From positions 62,001 through 126,000 of IMG/VR virus record IMGVR_UViG_3300048008_000449: a stretch of DNA of 64,000 bases, one strand, 5' to 3'. A program made the translations under genes and the position numbers. Position 1 is the first letter of the stretch. Every line of letters starts with the position of its first letter. The notes under the pieces are model-generated. The model did no database searches. It was not told the DNA's origin and was given only the letters and a program-made list of their open reading frames with translations. Positions 10,701 to 18,856 of the stretch are shown one piece after another.

Positions 10701-10967
10701 ATCTGTTGCTAAATCTTTAAGAACCGCTTCAGAATCTGGACCAAGGCGAGCAATTTGCTTGCCCCAATATTTGTATTCTTGTTTAAATAAACGAGTCAGC
10801 TCACTTGCCGTAATCTGTTTTACATTACGTTCATCGTTTAATCTATCTAAAAAATGTCTTGTAAATTCAACATCAATACCAATTTTCGCAAATAATCTAT
10901 CTGCGAATACCTCAATTTGGTCCAGTTCCTGTTGCGATAATTTTCTGTCTACTTCAAATATTCTCAT
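7710..10967 (-). CDS. 1085-aa multidomain protein: N-terminal FTRHFLDR domain, Pro/Glu/Asp repeat linker, C-terminal Pol-beta-type nucleotidyltransferase
   Basis: MRIFEV start; LGSVGK...SGDIDV (GS, DxD) and a third Asp in QVDF. Confidence 0.75.
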   Translation of the reverse strand: MRIFEVDRKLSQQELDQIEVFADRLFAKIGIDVEFTRHFLDRLNDERNVKQITASELTRLFKQEYKYWGKQIARLGPDSEAVLKDLATDVNIPFVLRWDNNNNELDLIAKTVMRKNNFKTPNKEFQVNSFNFYSDNKQSKMIMESIEALMEGMPAVDLFNNMNPADFQQKYGVSKSSANQSVGKVTQLFPDKFKNNPRIRISVSNYFIKNPAMMKQLIAANDNVKPPKLDWKNLSKLGLKALPRIFGGVVLNIITPSTLGDGTLKDEQLLQWKIQQDYIKSDPTQAMQDIIDWYKTTKKYKTDPDGYKDDFDYQTAQGYRNDEIVKSLEGVIDPGLKKAADDLAEKMRKAKTQKALDDLIGKVDPALQRAANEIAPEVMTTSPEQLLSPEAPEDIGMFPLPANDAPPVYDALPQRVPQPDGDPLPANDPLPPKPVIVPDTPKQPKTPEIDPEKPPVEIPITRPKVIPFPPARPGAPEQEPLPSEPLEPGPDIEPDAPEQPQPGKEPENPEVPDPTTDPDIDPDAPAKPEAPDQEPLPKGPEEEPVEPEKKPKVTPFSPEQPQPGKEPENPEAPEPTTDPEVDPDAPAKPEQPTDPDPLPSEPQTDPAPGEAPDVKPDAPEQPDAPSDPDSPEAPEPTTDPEIDPEAPAKPEQPTDPDPLPSEPQTDPAPGNAPEIDPVSPTQPDLTPEPDSPVAPEPTTDPDIDPEAPAKPEQPTDPDPLPSEVPSVVPEPVPSPDPVPSPEPIPEPFPAPEPAPAPAPGPVPAPKPNIRTRPGQTPTRPRRAWDFGVSDKYKTNLYKWTQKYGTFENTNLINKYFTLNEGGAMPGVGAIHIDEIKPTLEMLEKSLGIDLNNFTLGSVGKRQFSGDIDVALNLPPEELPAFVEKLKKNPLIKDIAKSSVIMTKVEIQNFNKEHTDGRPRTGFVQVDFMPGDPGWMKTYYHSPSEEESKYKGVFRNIMIASMAAVLDRQQSDAKLEDGRAMEELRYMWSPTEGLLRVKRTPVPNKAGTGYTKKNKNETIDGPWKQADEIAKVLKLDSGKDLNSFESLLTAMNKNWTKEAAQYVKQAVKDNNVVKDIGVPEELDDVN
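8800..9540. repeat. Imperfect tandem repeat, 183-nt (61-aa) period, about 4 units, Pro-rich
   Basis: tcagttggctgttctgg recurs at 8821, 9004 and 9187; tctgg(t/c)tttgc at 9199 and 9382. Confidence 0.9.
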
Positions 10968-10972
10968 ACAAC

Positions 10973-10978
10973 TATTTA
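10973..10978 (-). promoter_or_regulatory. Late promoter TAAATA, leaderless arrangement
   Basis: CATAAATA-GTTGT-ATG(10967). Confidence 0.7.
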
Positions 10979-10993
10979 TGCAAAACGCATACC

Positions 10994-11353
10994 TTACATT
11001 AAAAACACTATTAGAGCATATGTAGCATAGTGGAATATCTGATCAAATGTTTGTAATCTCCAAAATCCTGGCCCTTCTCGTGATATATTAAATTTCTTTA
11101 GTATATTTGACTTAGTAAAATCAATATGCCAGTGACATATATAGTCTAAAATAGCAAATAATACTGCTGATAATGGATTAATAAAAAACAATAATGTTAT
11201 AAAAGTTAGTACACTATGATCTAACGAGTGTAAATGTAATCCTTTATTAAAATACAAATGTTTTTTTGACGGCACTCTGAATGATTGTACCGCTAGATCT
11301 GCTACTGCATGTTTACACATCAATGCAAACAATATTATTGTTTCTAATTCCAT
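10994..11353 (-). CDS. DUF3307-like membrane protein
   Basis: HxxAD-xx-Q, H..H, HWHID, DQxxH motifs with TM segments; start re-called at MELETII. Confidence 0.7.
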   Translation of the reverse strand: MELETIILFALMCKHAVADLAVQSFRVPSKKHLYFNKGLHLHSLDHSVLTFITLLFFINPLSAVLFAILDYICHWHIDFTKSNILKKFNISREGPGFWRLQTFDQIFHYATYALIVFLM

Positions 11354-11355
11354 TA

Positions 11356-11574
11356 TTATTTTCCTGTTGGTTTTTCGCCTGTTAAGTGAGGTTTTGAAAA
11401 CCACAACTTAAACCAATCGTCTGTTCCAGGCTTTATATTCTTTTCACGTTGTATACGTCCTTTTTCAGAACCTGTAACACTAATGTTACTTTCGTCTTTT
11501 CCTTTTATAGTATTACCTTCCTTGTCAATAATACCTGCAAGTCTTTTTAATTCATAAATCTCATCTATTTTCAT
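11356..11574 (-). CDS. Small protein with MKIDEI start and LKRLAGI motif, putative internal head protein
   Basis: 72-aa ORF in the late operon. Confidence 0.6.
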   Translation of the reverse strand: MKIDEIYELKRLAGIIDKEGNTIKGKDESNISVTGSEKGRIQREKNIKPGTDDWFKLWFSKPHLTGEKPTGK

Positions 11575-11575
11575 T

Positions 11576-12754
11576 TTATTTATTTCCTAAGTTTGCTGGA
11601 CGTGGTTTTGGTTTTACTGTTGTTGTTTTTTCTAAATCTGCTGGACGTGGTTTTGGTTTTACTGTTGTCGTAGTTTGATCTTTTCCTAAGTTTGCCGGGC
11701 GTGGTTTTGGTATATTAGTTTGTGCTGGTACTGTAGGTTTAACTACAGGTGGCTTTGGATGTGGATGTTGGTGTCCTTGGCTCATATCCGCACTTGGACT
11801 ATGTTGACCTTTTTTCATAATTATTGGAACATTGCCTCGAATAGGTTTATTAATATCTTTTTGCATTGGATCAGATTTGTACGTATCAATTGGGTGCATG
11901 TCATAGTGATCATTTGGAACTGTTTTTAATGGATTCCATGTTGATTGTCCACCAGTTTTTGTTCCTGGTCCATCAGTCTTATGTTTAATTTCATTATCAA
12001 ATTTTGGTCCTGTTTTTCTATCTTGTATAGTCATCATAGGTGTATCAGTATTTGTAGGAGGGTTCATTTTCAATTGCCATTCGTCATAATCTATTCTCTT
12101 TTCAGCTACCCTAGCCATCATTTCTTTATGGTAAGCTGCATATGCTTTATAATGAGTATTTAGACTAGGAACATCTGCTTGAATTTTATCTGTGATACCT
12201 CTGAATTTATTATCTTCAGGTTTTTCTACGTTTTGTATTGCATGCTGTAATTCATGAACGGCAGTAAATCTATTAAGACTATCTGGACTCATGGTTATTG
12301 TTTTTGTACCAGCATCCCATTGTCCTAATGTTTTGCCACCATCTTCTGAATCTTCTAAATCATCTACTATAATATTGTAATCTTTTAAAAATGGATATGC
12401 TTTGTAAAGTTCAGGATGATCAATTAGATCACTAAATTTATACTTTTTGCCTATCTTTGCTCCATGATCTTTTATTTTAAGATCTTTATCAGATACTTCT
12501 TGTCGCCAATCACCATTTGGAGTTCTAAACGTTCCTGTTTCCCACCAAATATCAACTCTACTCCAACCTTCCTTTTCCATTTTCCTTGCAAGTTTTTCTC
12601 TGCTTTTATCATATATTTTAGCTTTTGGTCCAATAAATGTAGCTAACTTATCGTCACCTGGTAACTCGCCTTTCTTACGCTTAGACGAATTCATTTCTTT
12701 ATCAGATGTTGGCAGTCTTTCAAATAACTTATTTGTAATTTCGGTTATCTTCAT
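11576..12754 (-). CDS. LPD23-like domain with zincin HExxH motif and C-terminal Pro/Thr repeats
   Basis: IWWETG...DWRQEVSD...HPELYKAYP...HELQHAIQ; MKITEI start. Confidence 0.65.
   Translation of the reverse strand: MKITEITNKLFERLPTSDKEMNSSKRKKGELPGDDKLATFIGPKAKIYDKSREKLARKMEKEGWSRVDIWWETGTFRTPNGDWRQEVSDKDLKIKDHGAKIGKKYKFSDLIDHPELYKAYPFLKDYNIIVDDLEDSEDGGKTLGQWDAGTKTITMSPDSLNRFTAVHELQHAIQNVEKPEDNKFRGITDKIQADVPSLNTHYKAYAAYHKEMMARVAEKRIDYDEWQLKMNPPTNTDTPMMTIQDRKTGPKFDNEIKHKTDGPGTKTGGQSTWNPLKTVPNDHYDMHPIDTYKSDPMQKDINKPIRGNVPIIMKKGQHSPSADMSQGHQHPHPKPPVVKPTVPAQTNIPKPRPANLGKDQTTTTVKPKPRPADLEKTTTVKPKPRPANLGNK
11583..11712. repeat. Three coding repeats of (TTTVK)PKPRPA(N/D)L
   Basis: gg(a/g)cgtggttttgg occurs three times. 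Confidence 0.85.
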
Positions 12755-14598
12755 TTCTTTTTTCCTGCCTTCATGTTAGCACACCAGTGATACATTTTAG
12801 CTTTCTCACCGCTGGCTTTTTTTGCTTTGGCTCTTAGTTCTGTTACGCTACCGTTACAACTAGCACCACTACGTTTTACACGCCCTGGTCTGCTTTTGCC
12901 TTTTACTTTACCGTCTGCAAAGTTTTCTTCTACTGGTTCTTTATTGTCTACTGTTTGTGCCAATTTAGAAATTGTATCTCCAACTTCTATATTCTTATGT
13001 TGTATTCCAACACCCCCTGCATTTTGCCACTTGTTAATATTTTCTCCAAAATCATCAATTAATACATTTGAAGTTCCATCAGATTGTTTAGCGTATGCGG
13101 CTTTGTTGTGGTCAATAATAATTTTTGCTGGTGGGAACATACCTAAATGCTTTTTAATCCATTCACGCTTCTGTGGCTCTGAATTTGGATCTCCTGGAAG
13201 AGGTGCACTTAATATATTATATTTTCCTTTAAACTGCTTAATTGCGTTTAATAGATTTTTTGCATTACTTGTCATTGGTAAATTAATCCAAAAGTCATCT
13301 GTATCTTTGATTTTTTGTAATGCTTTGTTAACATCTGGAATATTTTTCCAATGTTTAACTCCCATCATTTTATTCCATACTCCAAAGAAGTCTGCTAATA
13401 CTCCATCCATGTCTACGTATATTTCTGATTTAGGTCCTACATCTTCAAGTATACTTTGAATATCTTCACCTAATAAATCTTGTTTAGTTGCTTTGAAATT
13501 GCTTTGCTTCCATTGTTGCTTTAGTGTATTTAATGTTTTACCAATTTCTGGTCCTTGAGGTACACCTTTAGCAATTAAGTCAGCACCGTTTACAGGAAAT
13601 TCTGGTACTGATGTAACCATAGCATGATCAGCCATTTTCTTTTGATCTTGTAATTCTGCTAGTGCTGATATTTTTTCTTTAGCTATACCATCAGCAATCA
13701 TATCTTCCACTTTCTTTTTATCAAGTTTATTATCTTTATTTTGAGATAAAAAGTTTAATAAATCAGCTTCTGTGTTTTTCATCTTCCAACGTTTTGCAAT
13801 GTCTACACTATTATTTAATTGTGCTAATACTATAATTGGATTACTATTATCTTTTACTGTGTTTAAATTATCTACATTAAGTCCTATTACTTGTGCTGCA
13901 CCTGTGTCTTTTATTGTTGCTAATATATTTGCAACGTTTTGTCCTGAAAGTATTTTGCCCATTTCTGACCAAATTCTTTCTGCACTTATTTGTGATAGTC
14001 CTTTTACATTAGAACTAATAGCTTCTAGTGTTTCTTTGTCCCAAGTAGGAGTTGATAATCTTCCTTGGAAACGGAAGTAACGTAATATACGTAAATAATC
14101 TTCTTGAATTCTATCTGCTGGATTTCCTACAAACTTACTTACTTTATCTTGTAAGTCGTCCATACCACCAAAGTAATCATGTATTTCGCCATCTAAATCC
14201 ATACTCATAGCGTTGTATGTTAAGTCTCTGCGTTTAGCATCTTCTTCCCAACTACGTACAAATTCTACCTTAGCATGTCTACCATCAGTTTCTTCATCTG
14301 ATCTTAATGTTGTAATTTCGTAAGGTTCGTTATTAATAACGGCTGTTATAGTTCCATGTTCTATACCGGTTGGTATATGTTTGATCATTGCTCTGTCAAA
14401 CATTTTTTGCATTTCTTGTGGAGTAGCATCAGTAGCTAAGTCAATATCTTTTGGTGATTTACCAAGTGCAACATCTCTAACTGCTCCGCCAACAATTCTT
14501 ATTTCAAAATTATGTCTTGCGAAGATACTGCCTAATTCTTTAACATCAGGTGATATTATACTTGTATCCTTGACTTCAGTTACTTCAAATATTTTCAT
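12751..14598 (-). CDS. cca: Class II CCA-adding tRNA nucleotidyltransferase fused to a HAD 5'(3')-nucleotidase-like domain and a small Cys-containing C-terminal module
   Basis: GGAVRD, DIDLAT, EITTLR, EDAKRRDLTYNA, EDYLRILR; then YVDMDGVLADF...LIDD. Confidence 0.9.
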   Translation of the reverse strand: MKIFEVTEVKDTSIISPDVKELGSIFARHNFEIRIVGGAVRDVALGKSPKDIDLATDATPQEMQKMFDRAMIKHIPTGIEHGTITAVINNEPYEITTLRSDEETDGRHAKVEFVRSWEEDAKRRDLTYNAMSMDLDGEIHDYFGGMDDLQDKVSKFVGNPADRIQEDYLRILRYFRFQGRLSTPTWDKETLEAISSNVKGLSQISAERIWSEMGKILSGQNVANILATIKDTGAAQVIGLNVDNLNTVKDNSNPIIVLAQLNNSVDIAKRWKMKNTEADLLNFLSQNKDNKLDKKKVEDMIADGIAKEKISALAELQDQKKMADHAMVTSVPEFPVNGADLIAKGVPQGPEIGKTLNTLKQQWKQSNFKATKQDLLGEDIQSILEDVGPKSEIYVDMDGVLADFFGVWNKMMGVKHWKNIPDVNKALQKIKDTDDFWINLPMTSNAKNLLNAIKQFKGKYNILSAPLPGDPNSEPQKREWIKKHLGMFPPAKIIIDHNKAAYAKQSDGTSNVLIDDFGENINKWQNAGGVGIQHKNIEVGDTISKLAQTVDNKEPVEENFADGKVKGKSRPGRVKRSGASCNGSVTELRAKAKKASGEKAKMYHWCANMKAGKKK

Positions 14599-14606
14599 TG
14601 GTCATA

Positions 14607-15980
14607 CTACCAAGCTCTGCACGACCAATAACGTGCTTTTGTCTTAGGTCCTGGATTATCACAATTATGTCTTGCTCTAAAGCTCTTACGTCTTGCTGGA
14701 TTAGACTTTTTAATTTTCATAGTCTTCTCGCCTTTTGATTTAGCACTTGAACCGCCGTGTCCGAAGTTTACTTTCTTAACGTTTCCAGTCTTAGGGTCCT
14801 TGACATATACTTTAAACTTTTTAACGTCACCTCTTGTTGGTTTGTTTAGTTTAACTGTTCGTCCTTGATATTCCGCTTCAGTAAGTTCTTCTAATCCGCC
14901 TGGTACATAACTTTGAAATAGTGATTTAAAGTTTGTTTGAAATCTTGCACCATCTGAGCCAGCTCCGCCAAGTCTTGCAAGTCTGCCAGCTGTTTTGCCT
15001 TTACCTTTTTTAGGTTTTGCTGCTGGTGGCTTGTTTGGTGCTTTTGGTTTTGCCACTGGTGGTGCTTTTGGTTTTGCCACTGGTGGTGCTTTAACTGGAG
15101 TTTTGATAACTGGTTGTTTTGCCACTGGTGGTGATTTAACTGGAGTTTTTACAACCGGTTTAGCAATCTTGCCTGCTGGTGGTTGTTTAACAGCTGGTGG
15201 TGATTTTTTAACAGGTGGTTTATCTAAAATTTTAGGAGCCTTTGGTACTTTAGGCATTGCAGGCATTTTAGGTGGACCATCTATTTTACCAATAACCGGA
15301 GCCTTTGTTGCTGACGGATCTTTTGGTTTCACTACTTTACCTTTGTCTACTGCTAATTTAGGTTTAGATTTAAATGGAGTCTTTGGCGCTTTTGGTGCCA
15401 AATCAGCTATCTGTGGATTTTTTATTTTTGGAGTATCTACAACTTTTAATTCTGGTTTAACTTTTACAGGAGCATCTGCTTTAACTTTTGGAGTTAGATC
15501 TACTTTAGGTTCTTCGGCTTTTTTAGCTAATGACTTAGCGGCATCTGTTCCTGCGTCAACTACATCATCTGCGGCTGCGGCGCCTGCGGAAAATATCTTC
15601 TTGCCACCTTTCCATATAAACTTAGCACCTTTAACTGCGGATTTAGCAACTGCTCCACCTACGATAGTTAATGCTACGTCAGTTCCTACTCTAGCGGCTA
15701 ATTGTTCTTTACTAATTTTGCCATCTTTGTATTCTTTACCTGACTTCCATGTATCATAAGCAGTCCATGCCGCACCTGCGGCCCATATTCCTGCTGGTAT
15801 TAATGGTAATAGTTCTGTTAAATATTGTTGGCCTTTTTCGTCCATTTCAACAACAATACCGTCATCTAAATGTTCTACTACTCTTGACTCAACTAAGATA
15901 TCACCAAATTCAAAACCAACGATATCGCCGGCTTCTGGTTGATCTGATTGTGTTTCTGTAAATAAGTTGTGTACTCTCAT
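14607..15980 (-). CDS. Modular Pro/Lys-rich protein with a C-terminal basic Cys/Trp domain (KKVNFG...SFRARHNC...YWSCRAW)
   Basis: 457 aa; SD AGGAG; TAAATA at 16003-16008. Confidence 0.65.
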   Translation of the reverse strand: MRVHNLFTETQSDQPEAGDIVGFEFGDILVESRVVEHLDDGIVVEMDEKGQQYLTELLPLIPAGIWAAGAAWTAYDTWKSGKEYKDGKISKEQLAARVGTDVALTIVGGAVAKSAVKGAKFIWKGGKKIFSAGAAAADDVVDAGTDAAKSLAKKAEEPKVDLTPKVKADAPVKVKPELKVVDTPKIKNPQIADLAPKAPKTPFKSKPKLAVDKGKVVKPKDPSATKAPVIGKIDGPPKMPAMPKVPKAPKILDKPPVKKSPPAVKQPPAGKIAKPVVKTPVKSPPVAKQPVIKTPVKAPPVAKPKAPPVAKPKAPNKPPAAKPKKGKGKTAGRLARLGGAGSDGARFQTNFKSLFQSYVPGGLEELTEAEYQGRTVKLNKPTRGDVKKFKVYVKDPKTGNVKKVNFGHGGSSAKSKGEKTMKIKKSNPARRKSFRARHNCDNPGPKTKARYWSCRAW

Positions 15981-16027
15981 TTTGTAAATCTCCTGTTACT
16001 TATATTTATCAAATAACAGAAGTTAAA

Positions 16028-16300
16028 TTACAATATAAACAATTGTATAAAAGCCCAACCATTCATTAGTGTAAACCAACAACATAGTACTATAGCACTA
16101 CTACCACGTCTATATGTGCTAAAGACTGCTAACATACTACCAATTAAGTATAAAGGTATAAAAATTGTTGTAGCTGGGTCTAAAATAGTAAAACTAAGTA
16201 TAGCACTTGCTATAATAAGAACTGTAGTTTCAACTATTTCTGCATAAAATGCTGTTCTATCTGTTTTATAACTTTTTTTAAAAAACTCAATTATTTTCAT
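16028..16300 (-). CDS. Small membrane protein
   Basis: Three hydrophobic segments. Confidence 0.6.
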   Translation of the reverse strand: MKIIEFFKKSYKTDRTAFYAEIVETTVLIIASAILSFTILDPATTIFIPLYLIGSMLAVFSTYRRGSSAIVLCCWFTLMNGWAFIQLFIL

Positions 16301-17315
16301 GTGTTGCCTCTTCAAATGGAATACTTGCTAGATTCTTACTCTTAGCTTCTACCATAATGTCAAAATCGTTACGGAAAGTGCCTGCCCATTTGTTAACGGC
16401 TGTATTCCACATAGTATCACTATGTGCTCTCAGTTTTGCTTTTTTGTAACCTTGTTCAATAAGTTTTTCATAGTCGGGCTTAACATCTGTTGCATGCCCT
16501 TGTAATAGATCTTTACGACTAACACTATAATGCATAGCAGGACGCACACCACGCCAACTATCAATGACACGTTTAATACGGTCATCGCTTGGAGTAATAT
16601 ATTCTCCGGCGCTATGTACCCAGTGATGGTGTATGTCGACAACTAGTGCTACTTCTTTCTCAAGTTCAAGTGAGGCATCGAGACCCCATGCGTTTTCGTC
16701 GTTTTCAATAGTAATACAGTTTCTTGCCTCTGGAGACAATCGTTGAAGTGCGACTTTAATACCGGCTGGACCTTGTCTACCGGAGATGTGGACGTTACAC
16801 TTGAAGTCTTGCCACTTCTTACCGTAGCCCATCCACCTGATGATATCCGCATGATATTCAAACTCCTCTATACTTCGTTCTACAATTTCTGGTGTATCAC
16901 TTGCTAGTACAACGAACTGACCTGGATGCATACTAAGACGCACACCTAGTTGTCGTGCAAGTTCACCTGCTCTACCATAATATTTAGCCGCATACTGTCT
17001 TATCTCTGGACGTTTCCAAAAGTAACGCCAGTCTGGATGTGTTGCGGCAGGAAGTTGGTTGCTACCTAATCTAACCATACGTTGATGTTCTGGTAAATTA
17101 CCTACATATTCAACAAGGTTGTAAACTGCTTGTGTGTTATGAACCATAATATCATATAGACGCTGTTCAGCCACATCACGTGTTTGATTGTTAAGCCAAC
17201 GAATAGTTGTAGATTTCTCTGTTAATGGACGCTGAATTTCTTCTAGCAATTTCTTTTTTTGTGTCTGATCAGGATGCAAATACTTGCATGCAAAACCTAC
17301 CTTACCTAATGTCAT
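16287..17315 (-). CDS. uvsE: UV DNA damage endonuclease
   Basis: GFACK, RLSMHPGQF, NVHISG, IENDE, DIHHH, HSD, MVEAKSK. Confidence 0.95.
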   Translation of the reverse strand: MTLGKVGFACKYLHPDQTQKKKLLEEIQRPLTEKSTTIRWLNNQTRDVAEQRLYDIMVHNTQAVYNLVEYVGNLPEHQRMVRLGSNQLPAATHPDWRYFWKRPEIRQYAAKYYGRAGELARQLGVRLSMHPGQFVVLASDTPEIVERSIEEFEYHADIIRWMGYGKKWQDFKCNVHISGRQGPAGIKVALQRLSPEARNCITIENDENAWGLDASLELEKEVALVVDIHHHWVHSAGEYITPSDDRIKRVIDSWRGVRPAMHYSVSRKDLLQGHATDVKPDYEKLIEQGYKKAKLRAHSDTMWNTAVNKWAGTFRNDFDIMVEAKSKNLASIPFEEATHENN

Positions 17316-17348
17316 ACGTGCCTCTGGTTGTATTAATAATATGCTTAT

Positions 17349-17377
17349 ATTGTAGCAAGATATCTTATATTTGTCAA
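17349..17377 (-). promoter_or_regulatory. Sigma70 promoter of uvsE with palindrome AAGATATCTT in the spacer
   Basis: TTGACA-N17-TACAAT. Confidence 0.7.
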
Positions 17378-17386
17378 CCGAAATTA

Positions 17387-18301
17387 TTAAGTTTGGAATA
17401 TTCTATTTTTACTATTACCAGTTCTACGTTGTATTAAACGTTTATTTGTAACAAGACTCACATGTGGGAATGTGCTAAGAGTGTGTAAAAAGTGTGCAAA
17501 TCTTTCTTCATCAAATGTATTAAAATACTTAAATATAAGTTCGCCTTTGTTTAGTTCAGCTATTTGAACAAATTTTTCCATGTGCTTTTCGTTTATTAAT
17601 TCATGGTGTAAACTTATATTAACTTTAGCATAATCAAGTATATCATTATATTTACTTACTGATGCTGTACCATTTGACAACATTTCTACAGTTCCTTTAC
17701 TATGACACATTTTTAATATATCCATTATGTTAGGATGTATTGTAGGCTCACCACCATTTAAATTAAAATGTATTAATTTATTATCAGGTACAATTATATC
17801 ATTAAATTCTTGTTGCAATTGTTTCATTGATGGAAATTCACTATCGTAATCATGTATATCAGGTGCACAATATGTACAACTGAAGTTACATCTTCTTAGT
17901 AAGTTCCAATCTACAACAAACTTTTTATTTTTCAATAAAGAATATAATCCTAATGCTTTTATACTTCCATCTTTTTCTGGATCATAACTGCCTGCTTCTA
18001 AATGTGGATCTGAATTTACTATATCTCTAAGTGTTTGTAGTGCTTCTTTTGATTGTGCTTTTGGTAAGTCAATATCTGTAGGACATGTACAGTTTGATAT
18101 TTCGCATGTACGTGATTTATTTTTACATGCAGTAAATCCTGTTGTTTTATTTTGTGAATTTATATTTTTTGTATGATCAAATACTTCACAATACCATGTC
18201 TTAAATCCTATTAGATTTAATTTAATTAATTGATCTGTGTCTGAATGTTTTACAACATTATCGTGAGTTAACACGATAAAACTTTTATTATTAAGTATCA
18301 T
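17387..18301 (-). CDS. Radical SAM protein with a Cys-rich N-terminal extension
   Basis: CNFSCTYC, GGEPT, SNG. Confidence 0.88.
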   Translation of the reverse strand: MILNNKSFIVLTHDNVVKHSDTDQLIKLNLIGFKTWYCEVFDHTKNINSQNKTTGFTACKNKSRTCEISNCTCPTDIDLPKAQSKEALQTLRDIVNSDPHLEAGSYDPEKDGSIKALGLYSLLKNKKFVVDWNLLRRCNFSCTYCAPDIHDYDSEFPSMKQLQQEFNDIIVPDNKLIHFNLNGGEPTIHPNIMDILKMCHSKGTVEMLSNGTASVSKYNDILDYAKVNISLHHELINEKHMEKFVQIAELNKGELIFKYFNTFDEERFAHFLHTLSTFPHVSLVTNKRLIQRRTGNSKNRIFQT

Positions 18302-18852
18302 TATTTGACGCCGTTTTTACGTAGCCATTCCAATATTTCTGTTTTATTAAATATGGGACTTCTTCTATGTGTTTCTGGCAAACTATCCCAATCTCTTAAT
18401 GCTGGATGTGATTTAGTTTTTTCACTAAAGTATAATCCATAATGCCAACCTTCTTTCATCATTTCATCACGCCATCTATTGTGATGCCATTTATTCATAT
18501 CTACTGTAGCAGTTTCTGTTATTTCGTCATCTATTTCTAATTCATAATCTACCATAGTATCATATTGATTAGAAATTTCAATATTAAAATCTGGAATAAA
18601 CTTATAGTCCCAAGCGGCAACAACTATAGATGCCTCATCGGGTGTTAGATCTCTTGTTAGTGGTACTGTGTAAGCATGTGGCATTTCTTGCTCCATGCTC
18701 ACACCATATTCCATTGCTACCTCATGATCACCATGTTGATATGAAAACACAACTCCACTAGGAGCAAAACGTTTGCAAATTCCTAACCAGTCTTTTGCTG
18801 TTTCGCTATCTAATACTTCTTGTGTTTTTAATATAATATGATGTTGATACAT
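18301..18852 (-). CDS. RyR-domain protein
   Basis: HNRW...EGWHYG...HPALRDWDSLPE. Confidence 0.7.
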   Translation of the reverse strand: MYQHHIILKTQEVLDSETAKDWLGICKRFAPSGVVFSYQHGDHEVAMEYGVSMEQEMPHAYTVPLTRDLTPDEASIVVAAWDYKFIPDFNIEISNQYDTMVDYELEIDDEITETATVDMNKWHHNRWRDEMMKEGWHYGLYFSEKTKSHPALRDWDSLPETHRRSPIFNKTEILEWLRKNGVK

Positions 18853-18856
18853 TTAA

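Noticed and set aside
14995-15759. 254-aa plus-strand Gly/Phe-rich ORF
   Set aside because: Antisense shadow of the Pro/Lys-rich protein
16028-16300. MKIIEF start as a packaging tag
   Set aside because: Polytopic membrane protein downstream of the sigma70-driven uvsE; likely a chance match
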